A stretch of 64,000 nucleotides of DNA, taken from Macrostomum hystrix. Lineage: Eukaryota; Animalia; Platyhelminthes. A program made the position numbers and the translations under genes. A model generated the notes under the pieces. The model had not been told where the DNA came from. It saw only the letters and a list, made by a program, of their open reading frames with translations, and made no database searches. Within the stretch, counting starts at the first letter, position 1, and each line of letters begins with the position of its first letter. Shown piece after piece: positions 24,960-36,300 of the stretch. Location: the NCBI GenBank assembly GCA_950097015.1, contig CATNEN010000039.1, forward strand, positions 12,214,001 to 12,278,000, written 5' to 3'.

Positions 24960-27900
24960 CTACTGCTGCTGCTGCTGCTGCATTGCCCGCTGCAGCAGCT
25001 GTCGGTGTCGAGATCGCTCACGACCAACCAGCTGGTTGAATTCGCGCTCCAGCAACTGTCTGGCTGGTGACGCGCCAGCCGGAGGTAGCTGAAGCAGCAG
25101 CGCCAGGCTAGACCAGGCGAAGCTCTCGTCCAGAAGCAGGAGGGCGCCGTGGACGCCAGACTCCTGCAGCGGATGCTGGTGCATGGCCGCTGGCCCGGAG
25201 GTCGATCCGGCAGAGGTGGCGGAGGCGGTCGAAGCAGCAGCTGATGACGAGTGTTCACTCGTGAAAGCCAATCCGATGCGGCTAAGCCAGCGATAGACAC
25301 GATCGCTTGACCAGACTAGCAGATCTGCATCGAATCAGAGATGGCATGGGACTTGTGCACACAGAAAGTGGTTTAAATTGATTGGCTGTCTGTTTGGCTC
25401 TCCCCCAAGTTCTACCCCGATCTCAATCGCGGATTGGCTGGAGAGTTTAGCTCCCTCTCTCTGCCTCGCTTTGTACTTTTAAAGGCTGCCTCGTCGTGTA
25501 CTTTTAAAGGCTGCTTCGTCGTGTACTTTTAAAGACTGCCTCGCCGTGTACTTTTAAACCCTGCCTCGTCTATCTTGAACGATCTGCCAAGAATATAAAA
25601 CACTAAATAGACTATTAAAAGCAAGTTAAATACAAAATGAAAACAAATTTCTTGTAAAAAAATTCAGCATCAAATTGCGTAGTCCACTTAAATATTAGTT
25701 GAGAACTATTTGATAAAATCCTAGACCATAAGACAAAGCACTCTACACAATTTTACTAGGCAGAAGCACAGGCAAGGTATATTATAGAGATGCCACAGAG
25801 AAGACAAGACAGAGAATGCCAAGCCTTTGTTGTGTCCGTGTAGACACCCTGCCCGCCCACGCAGCATTCGGTACGATGAGGCCAAAAGGCTTTTCTTGTT
25901 ATCAGGAAAGCCCGTTTGGCCTTTGTTAGCTGTGTTGTGATTTAATAGTTTTCTATGTACTGTATTTTTCGGTGCACTTTCACTGTCGCGTTGAACTTTG
26001 AGTCGCTTACCCCCTGCGCCTGCCTGCCTACCAATTTCTCTCACTCCTGGCGTCTGATTGGTTGAGCCAAGACGTTTGCGTACCCCGGTTATTTGTTATC
26101 TCTCGTTCCTGCCCTCTCATTGGTTCGCGTCTCGCCCAGTTGTCTCATTGACCCTGCGTGATTGGCAAGGCTGCAACTAGTTCTCTCTCATGCTGTTTGT
26201 CTACCCTGCAGCTTAGCCCCCCCCTGGGTGAGCAGGTATTATTTATTGGCGTGCGCGCGCTCGTTCCCCTCTGGCGAGACTGTTTTGGTTTTGTTTGAGC
26301 ACTCCAACCACAGCCTACTCTGGAAAATACATCAACTCAGCCAGCTCTGCCGAGCGCAAACCAGAACTGCTAACCAACGTAAGTGTCGTTCTACCTCTGT
26401 CTTTTCGGGTTCGGTCACTAGGACTTTGTCACCAGGGCCTGTGCATTCGTTGCGACCATTGGTTGCCGGCTTACTGCCTGTGCGTCTAGTGCGACAGAAG
26501 GCCGACACATAGTAGGACGGAAGTGCTGAACCTCCCTGCTCGTCCTGAGCGAGAGGCGAAGCCGGCTGGCCCGTCTCGTGGACACAACAGCTGTTTTGAT
26601 TTTGATTTTGATGCGCGCTGATTGGTTGAGCCGCCCTGTCTAGCCCTCTAGACAAGGGCTGCCCTCCCCCCAGCTGCGCCGTGATTGGCCAGTGGGTGGC
26701 TGGGTTGGGGTGGTGGGGCGGGGGTCGAGGGGTTGGTTTGGGTACCCACCCCGGCCCAGGTGACTCGTGGCATTAACCCTATTTGGCTCTATGAAAACGT
26801 GGGCCCCTAAAAACGCTGCCAAAACATTATCACTGCGAAGACCAGTGCAACCTATCCACACGTGATGAAAATACATTGCCAGCCAGACACGCCAGGCGAA
26901 ACCGAGACTCAGTAGTAATTAAAATAAGTCGCGGCCTCGACTGATTTATTTCGGGAGCCGTAGCGGGGACCGTCCGTGTGTCCTGAAGCCTTGCTAAAAT
27001 TGGTGGACACGACTTGTACGTGTAGTAGCTAGGATGAACTGTACCCGGAACCTCTAAAGCGCAACTTTCCCGGGATTCTGGAGTACGAAGTACAACACTA
27101 TTTAATAACGCCCTTTATAGCACCGGATGTGAAGAATACTGATTTGCGTACTCAGGTGTAGCTATGGACCTTGTGTCAGAATCATTGAATATCTTGACGC
27201 TTCGACTTCTACTGTTAAATCGTCCACTGGTCTATTGGTCAAGCACATGCAGTGCTGCCCCCACAGGCACTGCAGGGCCAGTCGGGCGTCTAACTAACCA
27301 GTATCGACATTCTCGCAGGCCTCTCGACGAGCCTCCAATTCCTCCCGGTCGAAGCCGAGCAGCTGCAGGGCCCGGAGGCCGCAGGCGAACGAGTCGCGAT
27401 GAAATGCGTCCGTCATTCTCAGGTGGGTGCGCAGCTCCTTCTTGCCCAGTCTGGGCAGCATCCTGGCATCAACTAGGCACTCCATGAAGGCCGAGCGGTA
27501 CTGGGCCAGTCCCAAGCTGGGCAGCCAGTAGTTGCCAACCCAGTCGTGTCCCATGAGTCCACTGACTGGATTCCCGGCCAGCGAGTCGGCTCCGGCAGCC
27601 AAAGTCGGCGCCTGCGGCCCGGTGATGGCTAGCATCTCCTGTACGGCCAGGCGCAGTTTTAGCCGGTGCAGCGGATTCGAGATGCCGATCTCGCGCTGAA
27701 TCTCCTGGTCAGACAGACCGGCCATGATGGCACCGGATTTCACGTTCGCTCGGCAGGCAGCAACGTACCAGTCCGGCATGCCGACACGGAGCTCCAGCCA
27801 GGCCACCACAGTTGGCCCGCTCCACTGGGCGAAGCTGGTCCGCTCGCGCATCACCGACTCCAGCAGCTCCTCCCTGAGTGTGACGAGTGGGTGCGTCGGT

Positions 27901-29215
27901 ATCTGCTAGAACTGGGCAGTCTGGCTTTAGGGACACTGGGAATGCTTGGCAGCTTAACCCGAGGATCTGGGAAGTTTGGGATCTCAACATGAGGATCTGG
28001 GAAGGCAGGTAGCTTAATCTGGGGATCTGGGAAGGTAAGTAGCTTAATCTGGGGATTTGGGAAGGTTGGTAGCTTAATCTGGGGATTTGGGAAGGTTGGT
28101 AGCTTAATCTGGGGATCTGGGAAGGTTGGGATCTTAACATGATGATCTGGGAAGGTTGGTAGCTTAATCTAGGGATTTGGGAAGGTTGGTAGCTTAATCT
28201 GGGGATTTGGGAAGGTTGGTAGCTTAATCTGGGGATTTGGGAAGGTTGGGATCTTAACATGAGGATCTGGGAAGGTTGGTAGCTTAATCTGGGGATTTGG
28301 GAAGGTTGGTAGCTTAATCTAGGGATTTGGGAAGGTTGGTAGCTTAATCTGGGGATTTGGGAAGGTTGGTAGCTTAATCTAGGGATTTGGGAAGGTTGGG
28401 ATCTTAACATGAGGATCTGGGAAGGCAGGTAGCCTAATCTGGGGATCTGGGAAGGTTAAGAGCTCAACCTGAGGATCTGGGAAGGTTTAAAGGTTGTTTT
28501 GCTAACTTTTTCCGTCTTCTCCTGTCTTCCGCCTTCTGTCCGAGGAAGTCGTGCGGACTCTGCGCAATGACTGTTGAAACGGTTGACGACGGCCGAACGG
28601 ACATCGTCGAGGAGGCTGAGTCGAACGGAGATGGAGCATGGCTGGCACCTGAAATTGCGTGAATGAGGTCATCCTGATACAGTGGTGCAGTTCTCTTGGT
28701 GTTATCTCCGAGATTTCATCCTAGATACTAGCCTAGATACTAGCCTAGATACTAGCCTAGATACTAGCCTAGATACTAGCCTAGATACTAGCCTAGATAC
28801 TAGCCTAGATACTAGCCTAGATACTAGCCTAGATACTAGCCTAGATACTAGCCTAGATACTAGCCCAGATACTAGCCTAGATACTAGCATAGATACTAGC
28901 CTAGATACTAGCATAGATACTAGCCTAGATACTAGCCTAGATACTAGCCTAGATACTAGCCTAGATACTAGCCCAGATACTAGCCTGGATACTAGCATTG
29001 GCACGCACCAATGGACACGGGGGAGTCGCGCCAATCGCTGGCAGTCCTCGGCAGGCTCTGGTAGTGCTGCATGGAGACGGCCGCCGGCTGGTGGTTGAAG
29101 GCTGCAGAGCCAGGTGACCCAGCGAGGCTGCCGGTGGGCGATTCTGCAATGACGGCGGCACCGCTGCCGCCGCGCTTGAAGAAGATTCGACCCATCAGTG
29201 AGTTGGGCTTTCGTC

Positions 29216-29264
<49 letters not shown>

Positions 29265-30270
29265 AAACTGCTGTTGAGGAACTGGTGGAGATGCTAGAAA
29301 AGCTTGGCGCAATGATTCCTGACTGCCCGAGGCGGAAGATGTTGGCGACTGTTGATTAATGGGCCGATGTTGCAACGTCTGCTGCTGCTGCTGTTGCTGC
29401 GACTCGTAGCGTTGGCTGTTTAACATTTAAATAAAACAAACTTATCTCAATTAGATTAGGTCACGAGTCTTGAAGAAAATTTTTATTATGAAGCATTCCT
29501 GTTAATAAAAAAACTGCTAATTCGCTACTTATTGATAAGTAGCCAGATGCGCATATTTTTTAAACTTATATTTTACATGCTTAGTAAATATGCAAACCAA
29601 AATGAAACACTAGCCGTTGTAATCTGTTAGATACACCATAATGTTATTGTCTGATCTTTATCATTGCAAGCCATGCAGTCAGTGGCAATGCCCTATTCAT
29701 TTACCCTTGCTGATATGGGAAATGTGAAATGCGGCTCTGTTGCCATAGCAACAGTTGCCTAGCAGCCTGCTCATTCCTAGGCGGTGGCGGTGGCGGCAGC
29801 GATGTGTACTGATGGACAGCTGAGACTGGCCGGGCAGTGAGGCTAGATTGAGACAAGTGGCGGAGTCAGCGGGTTATTTATGGACTGAGTTATGGGGGTG
29901 AGTGGCAGATCGGTCTAACGCGTTTGCCTCTCGAGGCCGCATTCAATTGGGGCGCAGCCGCGGAGAGAAGACTTGGGGGCTTATCGTGCAATTTACGCCC
30001 TTGAGGGCCAACCTCCAAGGCACAGTGAGAGTGTACACTGCCAGACAATCAGAAAGTCAGGTGATATGTACACACCTGTGTGAGTGTGTGCCTGCGTACG
30101 GTAACTGTGTGCGCGTGTGCTCAGGAGTCTGCGCTGGCTGCAGGGCTGGTGTCACCAAATGCTGTGCCAGATGCTGGCACACACACTCAGAGCATCCTAA
30201 GACTATAAATTCAACGTGCTCAAAATCTTACCCGTCATTCAGACTGACTGCGGGAGTCCAACGAAGCTCT

Positions 30271-30302
<32 letters not shown>

Positions 30303-33300
30303 AGGCGTTGCTGATGAAGGGCGGGTCTGTAGAGGTGTTAGATGCGCACGAGTTTAAATAAAGAGCATTATCTATGGATGATAGGAATGATTTACATATT
30401 ATTACACGTTTGATAAGCAGACGAGGCCATTTAGTTGGCACATTAAGCTGGGCGAACCAAATAAAATTGAGAACATAACACTATGCTGCTCATTTGGCTG
30501 TTGTTAACACATGTACACTGAGCATTAAGTAAGAAAACTGAAGAAAATTGAGTAGATTTTAGTTCTCTTTTTGAGGCTTACAATGGCGGAGAAGTCTGCA
30601 TATCAAAGAGTGGGTACAGCGGTAAACCTAAATATCACAGAGGGGGTACAGCGGTAAACCTAAATATCACAGAGGGGGTAGAGCGGTAAACCTAAATGTC
30701 ACAGAGGGAGTAGAGCGGTAAACCTAAATGTCACAGAGGGAGTAGAGCGGTAAACCTAAATGTCACAGAGGGGGTAGTGCAGTCCTAAACATCACAGAGG
30801 GGGTAGTGCAGTCCTAAATGTCACAGAGGGGGTAGTGCAGTCCTAAATGTCACAGAGGGGGTAGTGCAGTCCTAAATGTCACAGAGGGGGTAGTGCAGTC
30901 CTAAATGTCACAGAGGGGGTAGTGCAGTCCTAAATATCACAGAGGCGGTAGTGCAGTCCTAAATATCACAGAGGGGGTAGTGCAGTCCTAAATGTCACAG
31001 AGGGGGTAGTGCAGTCCTAAATGTCACAGAGGGGGTAGTGCAGTCCTAAATATCACAGAGGGGGTAGTGCAGTCCTAAATGTCACAGAGGGGGTAGTGCA
31101 GTCCTAAACATCACAGAGGGGGTAGTGCAGTCCTAAATGTCACAGAGGGGGTAGTGCAGTCCTAAATGTCACAGAGGGGGTAGTGCAGTCCTAAATGTCA
31201 CAGAGGGGGTAGTGCAGTCCTAAATGTCACAGAGGGGGTAGTGCAGTCCTAAATGTCACAGAGGGGGTAGTGCAGTCCTAAATATCACAGAGGGGGTAGT
31301 GCAGTCCTAAATGTCACAGAGGGGGTAGTGCAGTCCTAAACATCACAGAGGGGGTAGTGCAGTCCTAAATGTCACAGAGGGGGTAGTGCAGTCCTAAATG
31401 TCACAGAGGGGGTAGTGCAGTCCTAAATGTCACAGAGGGGGTAGTGCAGTCCTAAATGTCACAGAGGGGGTAGTGCAGTCCTAAATATCACAGAGGGGGT
31501 AGTGCAGTCCTAAATATCACAGAGGGGGTAGTGCAGTCCTAAATGTCACAGAGGGGGTAGTGCAGTCCTAAATGTCACAGAGGGGGTAGTGCAGTCCTAA
31601 ATATCACAGAGGGGGTAGTGCAGTCCTAAATGTCACAGAGGGGGTAGTGCAGTCCTAAACATCACAGAGGGGGTAGTGCAGTCCTAAATGTCACAGAGGG
31701 GGTAGTGCAGTCCTAAATGTCACAGAGGGGGTAGTGCAGTCCTAAATGTCACAGAGGGGGTAGTGCAGTCCTAAATGTCACAGAGGGGGTAGTGCAGTCC
31801 TAAATGTCACAGAGGGGGTAGTGCAGTCCTAAATATCACAGAGGGGGTAGTGCAGTCCTAAATGTCACAGAGGGGGTAGTGCAGTCCTAAATGTCACAGA
31901 GGGGGTAGTGCAGTCCTAAATGTCACAGAGGGGGTAGTGCAGTCCTAAATGTCACAGAGGGGGTAGTGCAGTCCTAAATATCACAGAGGGGGTAGTGCAG
32001 TCCTAAATATCACAGAGGGGGTAGTGCAGTCCTAAATGTCACAGAGGGGGTAGTGCAGTCCTAAACATCACAGAGGGGGTAGTGCAGTCCTAAATGTCAC
32101 AGAGGGGGTAGTGCAGTCCTAAATGTCACAGAGGGGGTAGTGCAGTCCTAAATGTCACAGAGGGGGTAGTGCAGTCCTAAATGTCACAGAGGGGGTAGTG
32201 CAGTCCTAAATATCACAGAGGGGGTAGTGCAGTCCTAAATATCACAGAGGGGGTAGTGCAGTCCTAAATGTCACAGAGGGGGTAGTGCAGTCCTAAATGT
32301 CACAGAGGGGGTAGTGTAGTCCTAAATATCACAGAGGGGGTAGTGCAGTCCTAAATGTCACAGAGGGGGTAGTGCAGTCCTAAACATCACAGAGGGGGTA
32401 GTGCAGTCCTAAATGTCACAGAGGGGGTAGTGCAGTCCTAAATGTCACAGAGGGGGTAGTGCAGTCCTAAATGTCACAGAGGGGGTAGTGCAGTCCTAAA
32501 TGTCACAGAGGGGGTAGTGCAGTCCTAAATGTCACAGAGGGGGTAGTGCAGTCCTAAATATCACAGAGGGGGTAGTGCAGTCCTAAATGTCACAGAGGGG
32601 GTAGTGCAGTCCTAAACATCACAGAGGGGGTAGTGCAGTCCTAAATGTCACAGAGGGGGTAGTGCAGTCCTAAATGTCACAGAGGGGGTAGTGCAGTCCT
32701 AAATGTCACAGAGGGGGTAGTGCAGTCCTAAATGTCACAGAGGGGGTAGTGCAGTCCTAAATGTCACAGAGGGGGTAGTGCAGTCCTAAATGTCACAGAG
32801 GGGGTAGTGCAGTCCTAAATATCACAGAGGGGGTAGTGCAGTCCTAAATGTCACAGAGGGGGTAGTGCAGTCCTAAACATCACAGAGGGGGTAGTGCAGT
32901 CCTAAATGTCACAGAGGGGGTAGTGCAGTCCTAAATGTCACAGAGGGGGTAGTGCAGTCCTAAATATCACAGAGGGGGTAGTGCAGTCCTAAATATCACA
33001 GAGGGGGTAGTGCAGTCCAAAATATCACAGAGGGGGTAGTGCAGTCCTAAATATCACAGAGGGGGTAGTGCAGTCCTAAATGTCACAGAGGGGGTAGTGC
33101 AGTCCTAAATGTCACAGAGGGGGTAGTGCAGTCCTAAATATCACAGAGGGGGTAGTGCAGTCCTAAATGTCACAGAGGGGGTAGTGCAGTCCTAAACATC
33201 ACAGAGGGGGTAGTGCAGTCCTAAATATCACAGAGGGGGTAGTGCAGTCCTAAATATCACAGAGGGGGTAGTGCAGTCCTAAATATCACAGAGGGGGTAG

Positions 33301-36300
33301 TGCAGTCCTAAATATCACAGAGGGGGTAGTGCAGTCCTAAATGTCACAGAGGGGGTAGTGCAGTCCTAAATGTCACAGAGGGGGTAGTGCAGTCCTAAAT
33401 GTCACAGAGGGGGTAGTGCAGTCCTAAATGTCACAGAGGGGGTAGTGCAGTCCTAAATGTCACAGAGGGGGTAGTGTAGTCCTAAATATCACAGAGGGGG
33501 TAGTGCAGTCCTAAACATCACAGAGGGGGTAGTGCAGTCCAAAATATCACAGAGGGGGTAGTGCAGTCCTAAATATCACAGAGGGGGTAGTGCAGTCCTA
33601 AATGTCACAGAGGGGGTAGTGCAGTCCTAAATGTCACAGAGGGGGTAGTGCAGTCCTAAATATCACAGAGGGGGTAGTGCAGTCCTAAATGTCACAGAGG
33701 GGGTAGTGCAGTCCTAAACATCACAGAGGGGGTAGTGCAGTCCTAAATATCACAGAGGGGGTAGTGCAGTCCTAAATATCACAGAGGGGGTAGTGCAGTC
33801 CTAAATATCACAGAGGGGGTAGTGCAGTCCTAAATATCACAGAGGGGGTAGTGCAGTCCTAAATGTCACAGAGGGGGTAGTGCAGTCCTAAATGTCACAG
33901 AGGGGGTAGTGCAGTCCTAAATGTCACAGAGGGGGTAGTGCAGTCCTAAATGTCACAGAGGGGGTAGTGCAGTCCTAAATATCACAGAGGGGGTAGTGCA
34001 GTCCTAAATATCACAGAGGGGGTAGTGCAGTCCTAAATGTCACAGAGGGGGTAGTGCAGTCCTAAACATCACAGAGGGGGTAGTGCAGTCCTAAATGTCA
34101 CAGAGGGGGTAGTGCAGTCCTAAATGTCACAGAGGGGGTAGTGCAGTCCTAAATGTCACAGAGGGGGTAGTGCAGTCCTAAATGTCACAGAGGGGGTAGT
34201 GCAGTCCTAAATATCACAGAGGGGGTAGTGCAGTCCTAAATGTCACAGAGGGGGTAGTGCAGTCCTAAATGTCACAGAGGGGGTAGTGCAGTCCTAAATG
34301 TCACAGAGGGGGTAGTGCAGTCCTAAATATCACAGAGGGGGTAGTGCAGTCCTAAATGTCACAGAGGGGGTAGTGCAGTCCTAAATATCACAGAGGGGGT
34401 AGTGCAGTCCTAAATGTCACAGAGGGGGTAGTGCAGTCCTAAATGTCACAGAGGGGGTAGTGCAGTCCTAAATATCACAGAGGGGGTAGTGCAGTCCTAA
34501 ATATCACAGAGGGGGTAGTGCAGTCCTAAACATCACAGAGGGGGTAGTGCAGTCCTAAATGTCACAGAGGGGGTAGTGCAGTCCTAAATGTCACAGAGGG
34601 GGTAGTGCAGTCCTAAATGTCACAGAGGGGGTAGTGCAGTCCTAAATGTCACAGAGGGGGTAGTGCAGTCCTAAATGTCACAGAGGGGGTAGTGCAGTCC
34701 TAAATATCACAGAGGGGGTAGTGCAGTCCTAAATGTCACAGAGGGGGTAGTGCAGTCCTAAATGTCACAGAGGGGGTAGTGCAGTCCTAAATGTCACAGA
34801 GGGGGTAGTGCAGTCCTAAATGTCACATTAGTCCCCTTAAAACTATGAAAAAAAATTTTTGCATTTAGCAAAGAAATTTCTAAGCAACAAAAGAGTACAA
34901 TCACTGGCCACTAGCGAATGAAATTTAGTTAAGAAATTTTAACTGGTATCAGCGCCAACCTGCTGTTGAGTGCGAGAATGGTGACAATTCGATGGAATAT
35001 AGGAAGGCAAATAAGCTGGATGGGAGCACGGGTGCCGCAGCGGTTCCTCGGAGTCCGCCAGATGCGGTGCCGACGCGGCTCGGCTAAACAGCTGAATTTT
35101 CTGCGTTTTTTAAACAAATTTGATTTAAGCCTTTTAAGTAAGGAAGCTATTGAGGGGGGTCGGTAGCAGAGCGGTTATCGCGTTTGCCTCTCGCACCAAG
35201 GTCCCTAAGTTCGATTCCACGGCGAGGCCACATTTATTTGGGGCGCAGCCGCGGAGAGAAGGCTTGGGGGCTTGTCGTGCAATTTACGCCCTTGAGGGCC
35301 AACCTCCAAGGCACAGTGGGAGTGTTCAATGCCTGACGATGAGAAAGTCAGGGCAGATGTACACACATTTGTGAGGGTATGCCTGCGTACAGTATCTGTG
35401 TGCGTGTGTGCTCAGGAGTCTGCGAAATGGGCAGAATCCGTACTCGATTGCTGCGGGTCTAGTGTCACCAAATGATGTGCCATTGCCCGCAGCCCTCCAC
35501 CAATTATTATTATCATTAAGGTAGTTCAACTAGTCAACTAGTTGGCTAGTTGAATTCCAACAGCAATAAATACTGGGAAACAGACACAGTCAGGGCAGGC
35601 ATCAAAGAAGCGCACACAGAACAGTTCTCACCCCGAAGTACTGTCCAGAGTAGCCCGCCGCTGTAGCCCTGGACGAAGCTGCTGAAGCCGAGCTGCGGGC
35701 TACTGACGATGTCAGAGGCGCTGCGGCGGAGGCGGCAGCTGACGAAGTCGCGGTCAGCAGCTGCTGACTTTGCAGATTCGTGCCGCTGCCAACTCGACAT
35801 TCCAGCTCTTCAGCGCGCTGCTCAGTGGTCTCCTTCTCCTCCTGAATGAGGCGAATCTCATTGTTGATGGCGTCCAGCTGTTGCTGAATAATCAGCGTCA
35901 GGGAGTGAACATCCTGCTGCGGCGGCTGCTGCTGCTGCTGTTGCTGACGGTAGGTGCCGTCCGTTGCAGCACTAGCTGACGAAGCTATCGGGACTGGATC
36001 AAATGCCTGAGGAAATGCAAACAAATAATTATTTTCACTTAAACTACTGTAAGTAGGCAAATATAAGCTATAACAAGATATTTTTGCAGCTGAGTCGGAA
36101 ATGCGGCATCACGGACATTGGAATAAATTTCGGTATGAGAAAAGTATTGTGACTATAAAATAACGAAAATGACGAATTGTTAAACTATTTAGTTAGTCAT
36201 TGCAGCAGCATTAGCTGGTTAGTAATTTGTTTTAGTGAAACGGCTTTCACAGTCCACGGACTGAACAGTTTGTACACAGGCTTTAGATGCGCCGCGCAAT

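Noticed and set aside
25241-25268. CTGATGA-CGAGTG-TT-CACTCG-T-GAAA hammerhead-like core
   Set aside because: Stem II is out of register (no G10.1-C11.1 pair), no stems I/III found, and it is antisense within a coding exon
27709-29098. ORFs with [10 protein letters not shown] / DTSL / SRLV repeats
   Set aside because: Minisatellite read-through inside phase-consistent liprin introns
19163-34827. Regular 25-40 bp repeats as possible CRISPR arrays
   Set aside because: Head-to-tail units with no unique spacers, no cas genes, eukaryotic context
35155-35230. tRNA gene
   Set aside because: A/B boxes are present but there is no complete cloverleaf, and it continues into a repeated SINE body
35331-35352. 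CTGACGA..GAAA in SINE A as a hammerhead ribozyme
   Set aside because: No room for stem II; CCTGAC simply pairs with GTCAGG as a hairpin
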